From: Podospora anserina | Lineage: Eukaryota | Direction: 5' to 3' | Assembly (NCBI GenBank): GCA_017654855.1 | Contig: CM030333.1 | Location: 2,232,001 to 2,296,000 of the forward strand | Length of the DNA stretch: 64,000 bases | Part shown: positions 10,084 through 22,944 of the stretch, one piece after another | How positions within the stretch are numbered: the first letter of the stretch is position 1 | Layout: each line of letters starts with the position of its first letter | Position numbers and translations under genes: made by a program | The notes under the pieces: model-generated | The model's input: the letters and a program-made list of their open reading frames with translations, nothing else | What the model was told of the DNA's origin: nothing | Databases searched by the model: none

Positions 10084-12510
10084 AGGTGAACTCGATCTCT
10101 GCAGCAGAGTTCGGGTTTGATTTTTGAAGTCCTCAAACAAAACAAGGTTGATAAAGCTCGACAGGGCTTCTTGCTCTGGAAGGAAGACTGGAGCCGGTGC
10201 GGAGATAACCTCCGGCTAGCCTATCTTCGTTGGGCAGGCACCAGGTACGGGTTGTGCTGGCCGCGGTTAAACGCTTCTATATGGAAGTAAAGCTTCAGTC
10301 TCTATGTTGGCCGGGGGAGCTAAAGGATGAAGGCAGGAGCGAAGCATCAAAATTTGAAAAACTGGCCGTCAGACATACTGTGATCCCAAGTTGGCGGTTT
10401 GTGGGGTGGGCTGTGTGTGGTGTGGCTTCTCGAAAAACGGTCTCTTCGGTTCACGGCTCGCTACGGGAATGTTGTGTGACCGCGTTTGGTCTGTCTCTCA
10501 CCCTCGCCCCGGAAGTAGGCGCATTCCTTTGTTGCGTTTTGCGGGAACTTGAATTGGTAGGTGGGAAGAAGCAAAGGAGTCTGTCTGTCTGTTACTGTCA
10601 GGCAATCGCTATAAGCCGATGGATGGGATAGCGGGGTATAGGGTTGTGGTTGTGGTCGTGGTCAAGGAATCCTGATTCTGAGCGGGCATAGATCCGACAG
10701 CTGCGGGGAAACCCCAAGCAGCCTTAATGGAGAGAGGCCAGAACAAAGACAGGTCTCGAAGCCGAGCTACCAGCTGCATGTCCGATGAGCTTGCTGAGCT
10801 TCATGCAGCTTCGTCCCCGTCCAGCCGCTGAGCTGCACCAGCCGTGCCTGGGGCCGGACGGGGTTATGCTAGCAGGGCGGAACGGGGAGGCGAAAGACCC
10901 AAGGAGCTGCAGCAGAGGTGGAAGTCGCCTGTTTGGTGCCTTGATCAAATGTCAGGTGGTCCGGGTGGCATCAACCCCAACCGTCCTGGGCCGAGCTCGA
11001 TCGTGTCCATGGGACAAGATCCATCGTGCCCCAGCAGACAGACTGATGGCTTCCAGGTTGCGCGGGGCGGGGAGGGTGCTTGGGGCTACATGGTGTGTGT
11101 GTGCTGTGCTTCGACGGGAGCGGAGAAGTAGGTCTGCGCTCTACCTACCTAGTCTGTCGTGTAACACGGCCTGCGTATCGAGGTGAGGGTGGAGAGGAAG
11201 TTGCGGCCTTTGGTGGTTCTGGAAAATATGCCCCGCAGCATGAGAATGGGATTTGTTGGAATGCCATACCAGACCCAAAATCAAAAGCATTTATTCATCT
11301 GAGAGTCTTTTTCTTATCTTCATTGAAGACCATTGCTGAAAAGTTATTCAATTGATCAGTAACATGGGCGCACTGGGGACCACACCGCTGTCCTTGATAC
11401 AATCAATTCAAGGCCCATCAAATTCATGAGGATGCTTTCGTTCAAGGTTGGTTTTTTTGCTCGACTCGGAGATAGCAATCCTGCTTTCCAGGTTGGTCGG
11501 CAGCAGGGCCCACTTGGCACCGGAACCAGCCCGCTGGCTGACAGGGGTTGGCTTGCTGCCAGTGCCAGATATTAGAGCTTCACTGGGCTCACCTTAGCTT
11601 AGACCTTCCCGAACACCTTCCTGATCAACACCGACAGGTACAAGTACGTGAAAACAGGACAAAGGGCCATGTACCGGGGAGAATTACCCTATCGACCTAG
11701 CTCGGCAGCCATCATGCAGATGCTCCGCGCGCTTTCTTGCTTAGGATGCGACTATCATACGACTCGGTTGAGCGCGGTGCTCGATGCTCTGCATAGAAGA
11801 CAGGATATGTGGATTATGAAACTCCCACGCTGAAACCTGCTCGAGAGAGTACGTCTTTTGATCTGCCAACCCGATAATCAACTCTCTCAACAATCTTCAC
11901 GATGTTTCAGGGTCATTAGCTATCCTTGAAGGCCCTCATCCCCAAATCCCCATCTGACAAACCAAGCGATCTCCCAAGGAAGTGGAAGACGGACGCCACC
12001 TCCGCATTTTCCAGTTCCACTAACAAGGAGCCCTGGTTCTGGAGAAGGACGTCTAGCTTCCCAGATATGGATTTTGATTTGAAAGATCCATTGTGGCGGC
12101 CAAGTAAGAAAAATTTACACATGATCTTGTAAAAAAGAACAGCAGCATCAAGATCTCTCCTGGGGACAATGCTGTCTACGTCCAGTTACCAGGTGAGGTT
12201 GAAACAGGATGCTGTGCCAAGAAAGTCAAGACGGTCCCACAAGACGCCATTCACACTTTGGGCTAGCGCTCCACTGCCTGCCTGCCTGCCTGCAAGCACG
12301 GGCCAAACTCTATTTGGTCGCCGCTCATAGGTAGGCGTGCCAGGCACCACCTCGTCAGCCTCAGACATCTACTTCAGGGGACCGATCAAAACATCCGCCA
12401 AATTTTCTGCAGGTACTTACTTTCAAGAAGAGAGGAAAGAAACGACCACCGACATACCACGAAACACAGTCAAAAATCTTCATAACAGCGGATACATAAA
12501 AACACACGCC

Positions 12511-13114
12511 ATGGAGACCTCAACACCCAGAGTTACCTGCGCCTACCTCAACTCATACGTCGGCAGGAATGTTATGGTCGTGGGCAAAGTCGCCCAAATC
12601 CGCGGTGAAGACGCCATCATCGACGCCGACGGCAACATCTCTTGCAAGCTGAATCGCGTAAGCTTCTCCCCCTCATCCATCTTGTCTCTCCCTCAAGCTT
12701 CCCCACACAACCAATCCAACCTAATCGACCACAACATGCACAAGATCGGATCAGAACACATAACCACACAGACATATCACCTCTGCAGCTCCCCGCATTA
12801 TCCACAACCACACGCAGACAAACAACAAGCTTTCCGAGCAAGCAAGGCTAACATGTTGTTACCCTCTGTAGGATGCCCACCTGGTCCCGGGCAACGGTGT
12901 CCAAGTCATTGGCAAAGTAAACCCAGACCTGTCAGTCAAAGTCCTCAGCTCCCTTGACCTGGGCACGGGCGTTGGTGAGTGTTTTTCGCTTGCATGTCCT
13001 CCTCCTTGCCACAGATAACACTGACAGGTATGGTTTTCAACAACAGACTACAACCTTGCCAACACAGTGGTGGAGATAACACATCAGCACAAGAACTTGT
13101 TTACCAACGAGTAG
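12511..13114 (+). CDS. RFA3: Replication protein A small subunit (RPA3/Ssb3)
   Basis: METSTPRVTCAYLNSYVGRNVMVVGKV...CKLNR/DAHLVPGNGVQVIGKVNPDLSVKV...LGTGV/DYNLANTVVEITHQHKNLF. Introns at 12658-12871 and ~12975-13046. Confidence 0.9.
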
Positions 13115-14988
13115 ACGTCATACGGAACTTAATAGAGCATATACCTATTTTTTTTCTTTTCTTTTCTAGCAACTCGAGATCGGAGATCCTTTCATGGAAG
13201 CATGACTCGACTATTTTTTTTGTGTGGCTCATAGATAATGGCAAATAGAGCTATTGGCTTGCTGATAAATCTATACATTCTCTCAAACTGTTGGGAACAC
13301 ACAGACGTTGGATACGAGGCCTCATCCCATCTCAGTCTCTTTCTCGCCTCCACACTGACCATCTGCTCTGCCCTTGAGGTTCTTGTCGTCCCTCGCCGCA
13401 CCTCCTTTCCCCTCACCTCTTGTCGCCCTGACCCTGTTTTTCTGCCCCAAGCTCCCTGCTGCTGGTGCTCCCCTCGCCGATTCTACCCGCGGAAACCTGT
13501 GGTCTAGCCCCTCAAGGAAAGGATCCGACGATGGCATGTGATGGGGTTAGGAGAACCTACATTGATTGATCAGCGAGTGCGAGCCTGGAAGCGGTTATTT
13601 CGCTGCCTACTGAATAGGTGAGTGGCCTTTGTATTCACAGTACGTATAGACATGGCTTTTTTCAAGCTTACGGGTCCATACACACAACGGCAATATGTTT
13701 ATAATGTGACTCATAAAATGTGCTCCTTCTTCCCGACCTATATCATGAATGACAGGACAAGATATGGCTTTCGTGAATAAAGTGTCGTGGTCTTTGACTG
13801 TTGTACAACAGCCCGGGATTCTCACAACATCACCAGTTACGGAAAAACCGCTTCAAATACCCGTCCGTTACTCTGGTCAGAGAGACCTTTGAAGGATCTT
13901 AAACCGGAACCCTCCCCCACACACACACACCAAAATCCGGAGAGCACATTTCGTGAATCTCTTACCCTCATCGCACAAGCACCACTATTACAGCCAAGAA
14001 ATCTTCATGTCATCTCAGTCAAACGGACTTGTCCAGCTCTTACACTCAAGGATACCCGGGAATGCGCGATTATTAGTTCATTTCAAAAGACAGATATACC
14101 CACTGTCACTCGGAGTCCGTCCTACGATCACCAGGAGAGCCAGACTGGGGGAGTACAGTAATGAGGATCTCCTCCTCTGAGAACAGTGCTAACACATCTA
14201 GTGACAGTGAGTGGTTTTAGATTCATAAAGACACTCGGCAAAACAAAATTCATCCTTAATGAGATGTAAACAAGCGACAGCCGCAATATGCAGACCCCCC
14301 TCCCGTCCCCCCTCCCCTCCCGCCTTCACATACAACACGAACACACAGACAAATCCCCCCCTCATACACTCAATATCAATACTCTTTGCTTTGACATTTG
14401 ACTAACACTAAAGCTAAAGTAACTCACACTTCCCCCATCGCTGCAAAAACTCCCTTCCCCTTTCCCCTCCCCAAATCATAATGATGTAATGCCATCACCA
14501 TTCCCCCAAACGCGCTCAGTCCCTTCTTCCAACCCAGAACCAGATATCCTGTTCCCCTTTTTCCAGATCACCCCCCCACCCAATCCATCCATCCAGGCTA
14601 TGCGGTTCAAAAAGAAAAAAAAGAAAACCACTTGTTATTCCCCTATCCCTTTTCCAGAACCACCGAACCACTCCTATTCTTGCATCAAACATATAAAAAA
14701 CAAAAAAAATAAAAGCAAGACAGAAAGAAACCGAAAAAAAAAACAACATTGTTGCTGATTTGTTGTTGTTGTAGTCGCATAAAACATAAAAAGTCGGAAC
14801 AAAAGTGGGTATCTACTCGACATCATCGAAAGTGGAATGTGTCGTTTTGTTGCGCATCAAGACGGCGCTCGTTGGGCGTGCCTGTGTTGCTTGTCGTAAA
14901 ATCGGAAAAGTTATCGTGAGCGAAAAAATCGTATTCGACTGCAGGCGAATCAGGACAAGGTTGCTTGGTGGGAAGGCCATCTTCCTAA

Positions 14989-17900
14989 TTAGTATCCCTT
15001 TCCAGCACCATGTGGTTCCGCCCATGTGTTCTCGCCCAGTGGCGCTCCGAATTCGACACCACCTTGACGTTTCCGCCTGGTAGAGGGCGGCGAGCTAGGC
15101 TGCATGGCCAACTCGGTACCGAGAAGGTTGTCGAAATCAACGGCATTGGTGCTTTCGAGGAGCTGTTGGGCGAGTGCGGCCTCGTCCAGATCTTGAAGGC
15201 TCCCGAGATCAATCTCAGGCAGCCTATGGGAAGGTGATCCGGTGGTGAAGTTGTTGGCTTCGCTCAGGAGCTGGGCGAGGTTCGCGGTGAAGGGTGATTC
15301 GAAGTGCTGTGCATCATCGTCATGCACAAAATGTGCCTGGGTAGGGGCGTGTCGGGGACTTCGTCGTCTGCCGGAAGAGCTGGGGGGAGCCAGCAGGCCG
15401 TGGTTGGATCCCGATCGGGGAGTGGTGATCCTGCGGGCGGTCATGTAGACATCGATCGGCGATTTGACAATGCTTCGATGGGACCGCATCGACCTAGAGA
15501 CACTCCTTGTTATGGGGCGATGACTGGGCGTCGGCCGGGTTGGTGTCCTGAACACACCGGCGGCAGTGGAACTGGGAGGTGGAGTGGATGGGCATCGGGG
15601 AGGTGTACCAAACAACTCTTGATCGAGCTGGTCGCCGCCGTTGGCTGGCGTACCAGTGCGCGCTGGAAGAGTGTTGTGGTTCTCCTTGCCCGATGTAGCG
15701 GACTTGGCCACCTGACCGTGAGTGACTGTTTGTGTGGCATTTGCCGAAAGCTCCCCAAGAACCCGGGGCATTGCATCCTTCCTAGGTGACGGGAAGAGCA
15801 GCCTTCTTGTGCTGCCGAGATCATCTTCAACTGCTATGGGGCTGTCCGCTGTTCCACTACCCCTCGAGTGAGTTGATCCCGGCAAGCGCTGTTTTGGGGA
15901 GCTCCGCAAGTTTAAAAGCTTGTCATCGGTCGCGATTGTGTTGTGGCTTTCTGGTAACGTCCCGTTCTCAGGGATGCTCTCAGGAATGTTTTCTTCTGGT
16001 GACTCATGGTCCAATGGGCCAGCAGGGTCCGTCGTGAAGTAGGCTTCCGAGGTGGGATTCACCGGCCCATCGCTTTTGGCCCGTGACTTCTTCTTGCCCT
16101 TGCCTTCGCGCCTCTTACGGCTTTGGTTGAGGCGGGCGGCATCCTTCTCCCACCGGTCAGGCGGGCGGTGATTTCTGAACTTGGCAAGCCATATGCCACA
16201 AGCTAGCCACTAGGTTAGTTTGATTGCGAAAGGCCTAAAGTCGCCGAGACAAAACTTACGATTACACAAGAGGGTTTCAACCCACACCTTCTTGTCGTCC
16301 TTGGTACCAAGATTCTTCTTGACCAACCGATACGCCGCTGGCTGGCCCTCCGCATCCCGCTCGAGAATGTCAATCATGGTAACGAAACCTGGCTTATCCG
16401 AAAACTCATAGAACGGCGGGATTCCCTTGTGCTCTTGGATCCATATCTTACGCCAAGTAGGCGTCTCAATTGCGCCGCAGTTGTTACAGAATGGGGGGGA
16501 TTCCCCTCTCATGATGGCAGACTCCAACCGCTCCTTGATAGTCTGTTTCTTGACCAGGTTCTTGCTGTAGCGAGGCGCGTCAAAATCGCTCGGCGGGCAC
16601 GGGGCCTCGGACATGAATGGCTGCGGCAAAGTCAAGATTGGCTCGTTCCCGACATCGCTGGCTGGGACGGTTGGGACTCCAGGGTCTTGCGAGGCTGGGC
16701 GCGAAGGCGGTCTAGATGTTGGCGGAAGAGGCTGCTGCTGGTGGAAGCAAGGTTCGACAACCTCGCGGCTCTCCATCACCGGCAGCGGCGCTGCAGGAAC
16801 TGACACCTCTCGAGGCGACTGAGCAGGCTCAGAGGCCCTGGCGAAACCGTTTCCGACATGGTTGTTGTCCAAGTCCGCGGTGGGCCGCACGGAACCGTTC
16901 ATGCTCCCAGGCGGCTGCTCGAAATGTGGAGGAAGAGCCGATTCCTGGGTCAGGCCATAATGTTGGGTTGTCGGTTGCGCCTGTGCTGGTTGTACCGGCG
17001 CCTCTTGCTCCGAAACCACCGGGTTCGGGGCAGTATGCGATCGTTTCAGGGACCGGGCGTTTCGTTTCTTTGGCGCTGGCTGATTGGACGGGATGGAAGC
17101 TGTCGGCCGTTCCACGGCTTGATGGGAAGCAGGAGGTGGTGATGGCCGGTGTGTGGTAGGTGGGGGTGTTGGTCGGTTCAAGGTCTTAACACGCCCAGCG
17201 GGGTTGAAGAGGCTCTTGGTTGGGAGCAGTTCTGGCGGGCCAGGGTTTACTTCTTGGAATGTCACCTCCTGTTGCTGCGACGCAGTACGAACTCGACTAT
17301 TCTTGCGGCTGTTGGGTTTGCTGGTCATGGGCACAGGTACGGGCTGGGCGATCTGCATCTGCGCAGGCATGGGTCCAGAAAGCTCCTGCATCCGTGGTGG
17401 GGGTAGGTCCGGCATCATATCATCCTCGTCGAAAAAGTCGTCAAGACCGCCGCTCATAAAGCCGGAGTCGACATTCCGCATGGGCATCGGAGGAAGAATC
17501 GGACTCGACGCTGGTGGACTAGACCGGAGGTAGGTGGTCGTGCGCGGGACTGGGGGTGAGGAGCCCAGGTCACCAACGCTGTCTTCGGGCGAATAACCTT
17601 GGTCTGGTGATTGACCAAATGATTCGACGGGTGAGCGGGCGTCCTGGCTCATCTCATGCATGGGTAGTTGGGGCTGTCTGTGTTGAAAGACGGGGATATT
17701 CTCCATTCCAACGGACTCGGACCGAGCCTTGTGGCCTACCATTCTTCTCCTTTGCTGCTGCTGCAAAAGAGCCCCATCAGGTACTGGTGTTGGCGCACGA
17801 GGGACATCTTGAAGATGGTTAGGCGTCGGGGCGTCGTTTCCCGAACCAATGGGTCTCATGGTGCGCAACGACCCTGAGGTACTGGCAGCTACTCTGAGTG

Positions 17901-19171
17901 AGTCTGGTGCAGAACCAAACGGCACAACGGCCGCATAGTCTGCCCGGATAACCTTTGCCCTTTTCTTCCGTGGGCCTTCATCACCGTCAGTGGCTTCCTC
18001 TGCCGCCGACGTGTTGCCCTCTGCAGTCGATTTGCGCGGACGGCCTCGTGGTCTGCCGGTTGGCGGTCGTTGCCTTCTACTTCTCGTTGAGGTTCGTGAG
18101 GACGGCCGGGAAGGACGCGCTTGTGGTTGCATCTCGACTACATTTTCTGTCGGCTGTGGTTGAGGTGCTGGTGAGGGAGCGCTATGGATCGGGGTGTGCG
18201 TCCTCGGGGGGTCAGGGACTGTGGCGACGCCAGGAAGGCCGTGGGACGCAGGTGGCGTCGGAGCCGCTGGCTGGGGCTCAGGTGGTGGTATACTCGATGG
18301 CCGATTCATATATGGAGGCGCACTATCACTTCTCATCTCCATCGGCCGAGGTTCATGCATCGGGTGGCTGAAGTGGTGATTATGCTGAGTGTGCTGATTA
18401 GGCTGACTGTGAGGGTTGTGTTGATTGTGGTGATAGCCGTGATTTTGGACCGGAGCAGGAGGAAGCGCTGGTGATGGTACCTGGGCCACATTCGAATTCT
18501 GACCAAACATTTGGCTGGACTGAACAAACGAGTTCCACTCCGAGTTGTCGTCGACGTGCATCTGAGAAGAGTTTGACAGGTTAAAGCCCTCCAGGGCTGA
18601 AAAATCTGGTCGTGGTGGCGCCTTTGCAACCATTGTCAACTTGAGTTTCACCTCGAGTGTTTCCCGGCTCCCGCTGCTGAGAAGGGCGAGCAGATTGCGG
18701 GTTACTCGCCCTGGGACCAATTGTTGTTGTGCCGCCTCATTGTTCGGATCCAGCCCCCGTGATAGCATCCCTTGCCCTACCAGGGGCACATCGGGTTCTG
18801 AAAAGTCATATGCATACACACTGTAGTCGTTCTCTTCCTGGTTGACGATCTCAGGGCTGGACTGGGCGACAGCCTGAAGACATGTTCGGAGGTCCACCAC
18901 GCCGATTGTGGTTCTTTCGTCGAGTGGAATTGTCTGGATGTGGAGCAGGTGAGGCCAACGAGCCAAGCAGTTGACCTGGCTATCTCGATCGAAGGTATAC
19001 TGCACCTTCACTTCATGACATTAGATCTGTGTGGCTGGGTCAAGGTCAGGGCATGGCAAACTCACATCCCATCGGCCTCGTCTGGACACCGAAATCTTCG
19101 ACTCCGGCTGGCTGGGCAACCATGTGGTGCGAGGGCGCCTGCTGCTGCCACGAGTTTGTTGGAGTGGCCAT
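14989..19171 (-). CDS. ams2: Ams2/Spt21-like GATA-type transcription factor
   Basis: N-terminal RPMG/LKVQYTFDRDSQVNCLARWP...GVVDLRTCLQAVAQSSPE domain, AT-hook GRPRGRPRK, and zinc finger CNNC...TPTWRK...LCN/PCGIW across intron 16203-16259. First intron at ~19011-19065. Confidence 0.8.
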
Positions 19172-19963
19172 GGTCACATATAGATCCCACGACACCGCGT
19201 CGCTCGCTCTGCAAGCAATTGGCGACAGGAATAGGTGCGGGCGCCGACTCGACAGTGGTCGGCTCGGGGTGTCGGGTGGTGGGAGGCGAGTTTGGGTGGA
19301 GAGACGGAGGAGAGGTTCGTTAATTGAGATCTCGAAGTAGGGTGGGCCGAATTTGAGAGGCTGGTTTCATTCTCCAGAGCGCGTCCTGGCGAGGCGCACC
19401 CAGTCGCGTCGGTGGGTCCAACCGTCAACGACCCCTGCGCTCGAACCGTTTGTCTTGCAGTGAATGCCCCGCCAAACACCAGATAAGCTTCAGGAAGAGA
19501 TGGAAACTGAGAGCACTTTACTGGGAGTGGGTGTTTGTATAGGAGTATAGCTGTCGTCGTGGGCTCGGTCAATCGCTAGTTGCTTTTTCCAAACGGCAGG
19601 GCAGTTATCAATGCTCGCGTTCACAACTCGAATAATTGTTGGCGTAGCGTGGTTGCATCCAAACATGGGGGGCACAATGACGCGAAGTGGGCCTTTCCGT
19701 GCCTTGCCTTGCCTTGCCTTGCGCTGCCTTCGAAGCCTCGGGCAGCGCGCGTTTGAGGTTTGAAAGGGAAGCACGGTCCACCCCCCATCTCCTGGGCAGG
19801 CAGAACAGCCAGAATTGAACACAGGCCGTCTGCCGTACCCAAATCGATCGGACTTTAGCGCTCAACTCCGCGGTTCCAAAGGCTCCCAACCGGGCACCCG
19901 AAAAAGATGGAAAACCGATTAACTTTTAGCTGAGCTTTTGGCCTCGAGGGGATCCCGGCTGCC

Positions 19964-19971
19964 CTTTTATA
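19964..19971 (-). promoter_or_regulatory. Candidate TATA box (TATAAAAG) upstream of the ams2-like gene
   Basis: Consensus TATA in a GC-rich context about 800 nt upstream of the ATG on the same strand. Confidence 0.4.
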
Positions 19972-21465
19972 CTCCCCGCAGCTCCCTCCCCCGTCACCGC
20001 CCACCACCGCCGGCCACAAGGCAGCAGCCCCACCCCGATCGAACACACCTCACACCTCACAACACGAACTTGACGCCTGTTTAATTGATTTCTTATCGCT
20101 GATAACACAGACCACCCATCATGTCCCCATTCCCCCCTTTCATCGCCGCTCAATCGGGCAAAACAAAAACACAAAAGCTGTGGCAACCACAAAATTCCAT
20201 CCTGAACTGCAAAAAGAAAAAAACCCGCCGAAAAGGCGGTAACACCGTGCCCTCATCATGCAACCCTTGACTATTTAGGGGCAAGTGCACACGCATCCCG
20301 GCGTGCCAGTCCCGATGGTCCGTAGGCCTGCGTGCATGCGTTGTCGTGGTGTCGTGTATGACTTGACTGCTATGTGGTGGCCGTGGTGGCTCAAATAAGA
20401 CTGCTCAACGAGTTGGAGCTACTCTGTATAAGTTGGGAAAATACAGGGAGAGCATTCGGTTAGAGAAGAGCAACCTCATGGGTCATTTCAATCTTCTAGC
20501 AAATGAGGTATACACTACTTCATCCCCAGAACCCACCCTCAAATCCCAAGCATCACCACTCCAACCATCATCCCCCAAATCACACTCCCTCTCAACACCT
20601 CCCCACCACTAACCACAACCCCCGTACTCCCACTCCCACTCCCCGTCCCCGTCGGCACCATCCCCCCCTCATTAACTCGTCGTCGCCATCCCCGCTGAAT
20701 TCACCACCCTCCTCCCCCCCAACCCCCTCAACATCCCCGCCGCACTCCTCAGCACCCCCTCCCCTAGCATCGTCGTTGGCACACTGGTGCGATGACGACA
20801 GCCTGAAACGGTTGTTGTCCCGTTCGGCAATGCTGGAGAGAATATGCATGAAATTTACGAATCAAGGAGGACGGGGTTTCTTCCGGGGGAATTTGGAAAA
20901 ACGACAATAGGATACCACTAAATCTATGGATCTGAGGAGAGCATAGTCCATGGCAAATGCGGCTTACACAGAGCCTCTAAGGTCACCAGCTTCGAGCACC
21001 ACCATGTTGATATGATGAATTTTGGAATCTGTAAGTGTTGAGTGTAAAGGTGTAAAACAATTTAAATACATCTTGCACCTGTGAGTACGTGGGCGAATCC
21101 TACATAAAATGGTACCCAATATCTCTAACATGACGACGCCAGCGCCGAGTTGTGAACGAGGTTAGGAACAGCAGAAGATTCCACAACTGTACAATTTCAG
21201 AACGTTAACCCCGTGGCGCACATATCCCCATGCTATCACTGTAAAGTATCCCGCCTCTTGGCGCATAGAACCCCAGTTTCGTAATGACAGCTTCTAGAAA
21301 CAGGAAAACCATGGCATGTTAATCATAAGTCGTGAGTCGGTAAAAGTCGTCAGAATTTGGTATAAGTTGTCGTAAATCGGTAAAACGGTCGTGAATCAGT
21401 ATATATCATCGTATGTCGTCATGAAGCGTCATAAAATCATAAAATAAACAAAAATAAAAATATCA

Positions 21466-22944
21466 TCAAGACTGAGATCCCCTCCTCGCAAACAACCCCC
21501 AGAATCTGCCCTTTTCCTTGACCTCGACCGTATATGGCTTCAGCGGGAAAACAGGCTTGATGTTGTACTCGTCTTCTTCTTCCTCGCTTGGCGAGCCAGT
21601 GGTGGTGATGTACAGGGATCTGTGACTTGGCTGCCATTTCCGCTGAGGAATCTCACCAAGCTTAGTGCTGTCGGAGGAGAAGGACATGATGGATATCCGG
21701 TTGGGGGATGTCCTGGGGTGGAGGGAGGACGAGGGGCTGAGTCTTGGAATCGCGGCCATGGCGAAGTGAGCATTTGCAGTGATTGCTTCGATCGAGCTTG
21801 GAGAAGCCGGTGGTGATGGTGCGGGTTGTAATTTGGGTGAAGATGGTAGCTTTGGTGAGGATGGTAGCTTTGGTGAGGATGGTAGCTTTGGTGAGGATGG
21901 TAGCTTTGGTGAGGATGGTAGCTTTGGTGAGGATGGAGGTTTTTGCGAACTCGCTGACTTAGGTGGTGCCGTTGAACTTCTTGATGAATGTTTTTCCGCG
22001 TGTTTTACTGAGCCCTTCCTCGGTAGCTTTGGTAATGCTTTTGAGTTTTTTGGTGAGGCCGGTGTTGGGTTTGGCGAGGCTGGTGTCAATTTTGGTGATT
22101 TTGGCGTTGGCTCTGGTGATGGCGAAGTCAACTTTGGTGACGGTGCTGCTGGTTGTGGGTCTTTCGGAGTTGCAGATTTTAGCTCGCTGCTGGACGATCT
22201 CTTTGTTTTGCCATCCTTGGTGTCCTTCTTGGGCTGGGGCAATGCTTTCTTGCTTGAGGAGCTCTTTTCTTGTTGGGCAGACTCTCTCTTCGGTTTGGGC
22301 GCCTCGGGCGTCTTGGGTGACAGTTTGTGCCGGTGTGATGGTGACGTCGACAAAGAACCCGGAGAAGTTTTGGATGACTTCGACGACGATGACTTGGATG
22401 ATGTCTTCGAAGCCTTTGATGAAGCCCTTGAAGAATGGGAGGCCAGTGAAGAACGAGACGGGCTACCAAGCCGTCGGGACAGGCCATCTATGGTCTTGAT
22501 TGTCTCAAGTCTGGAAGCATTGGAGAGACACATGAGTGACTCATAGTCCAGGTCAAGATTCTGCTTGTGGCTGGAGATTCGCAGCAGGTTCTTGATAGCT
22601 TCTTTGAGCTTCCTCAAGACACCGTCTACTGATGAGATGGCGCGGGCTATCACTAAGGTCAGTCATGCCACAATGCCGAGACGAAGTGGCGACATACCAT
22701 CTCCTTTTCTGAAGCGGTTTCCAGACTGGCGAACTCTTGACGAATAGGCCTTCTCAACCAAGTCACGATCCACCTTTAAAGACACCCGCAGAACGGCTTG
22801 TTTGTCCTGAGAACAGATCGCTGTCTCTGGTGTTGGGGTGGTTGAATTTGGCTCATCGCCCCGATGCCTGAAGGCCTTGAGCAAGGAAATGCAGTTTGAG
22901 TAAGTGTCCAGCAAGGCGTGGATGCTCTTGCCAAACGCCGCCAT
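21466..22944 (-). CDS. Uncharacterised Ser/Pro/Lys-rich protein with an ordered N-terminus and PKLPSS repeats
   Basis: MAAFGKSIHALLDTYSNCISLLKAF...GNRFRKGD, intron from GTATGT at ~22696, then ...LDLDYESLMCLSNASRLETIKTIDGLSRRL and C-terminal RISIMSFSSDSTKLGEIPQRKW. Confidence 0.75.
21831..21936 (-). repeat. Coding 18-nt tandem repeat (~6 units) encoding SSPKLP
   Basis: (TTTGGTGAGGATGGTAGC)n on the + strand. Confidence 0.9.

Noticed and set aside
11648..12132. Two short protein-looking ORFs upstream of RPA3
   Set aside because: No recognisable domain and no convincing splice model linking them.
13546..13552. GGTTAGG as a telomerase-RNA template or telomeric repeat
   Set aside because: It does not give the TAACCCTAA-type 1.5-repeat template, and I saw no such template elsewhere in the window.
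21779..22546. 255-aa ORF with GEDGSF repeats
   Set aside because: Antisense shadow of the PKLPSS-repeat gene.
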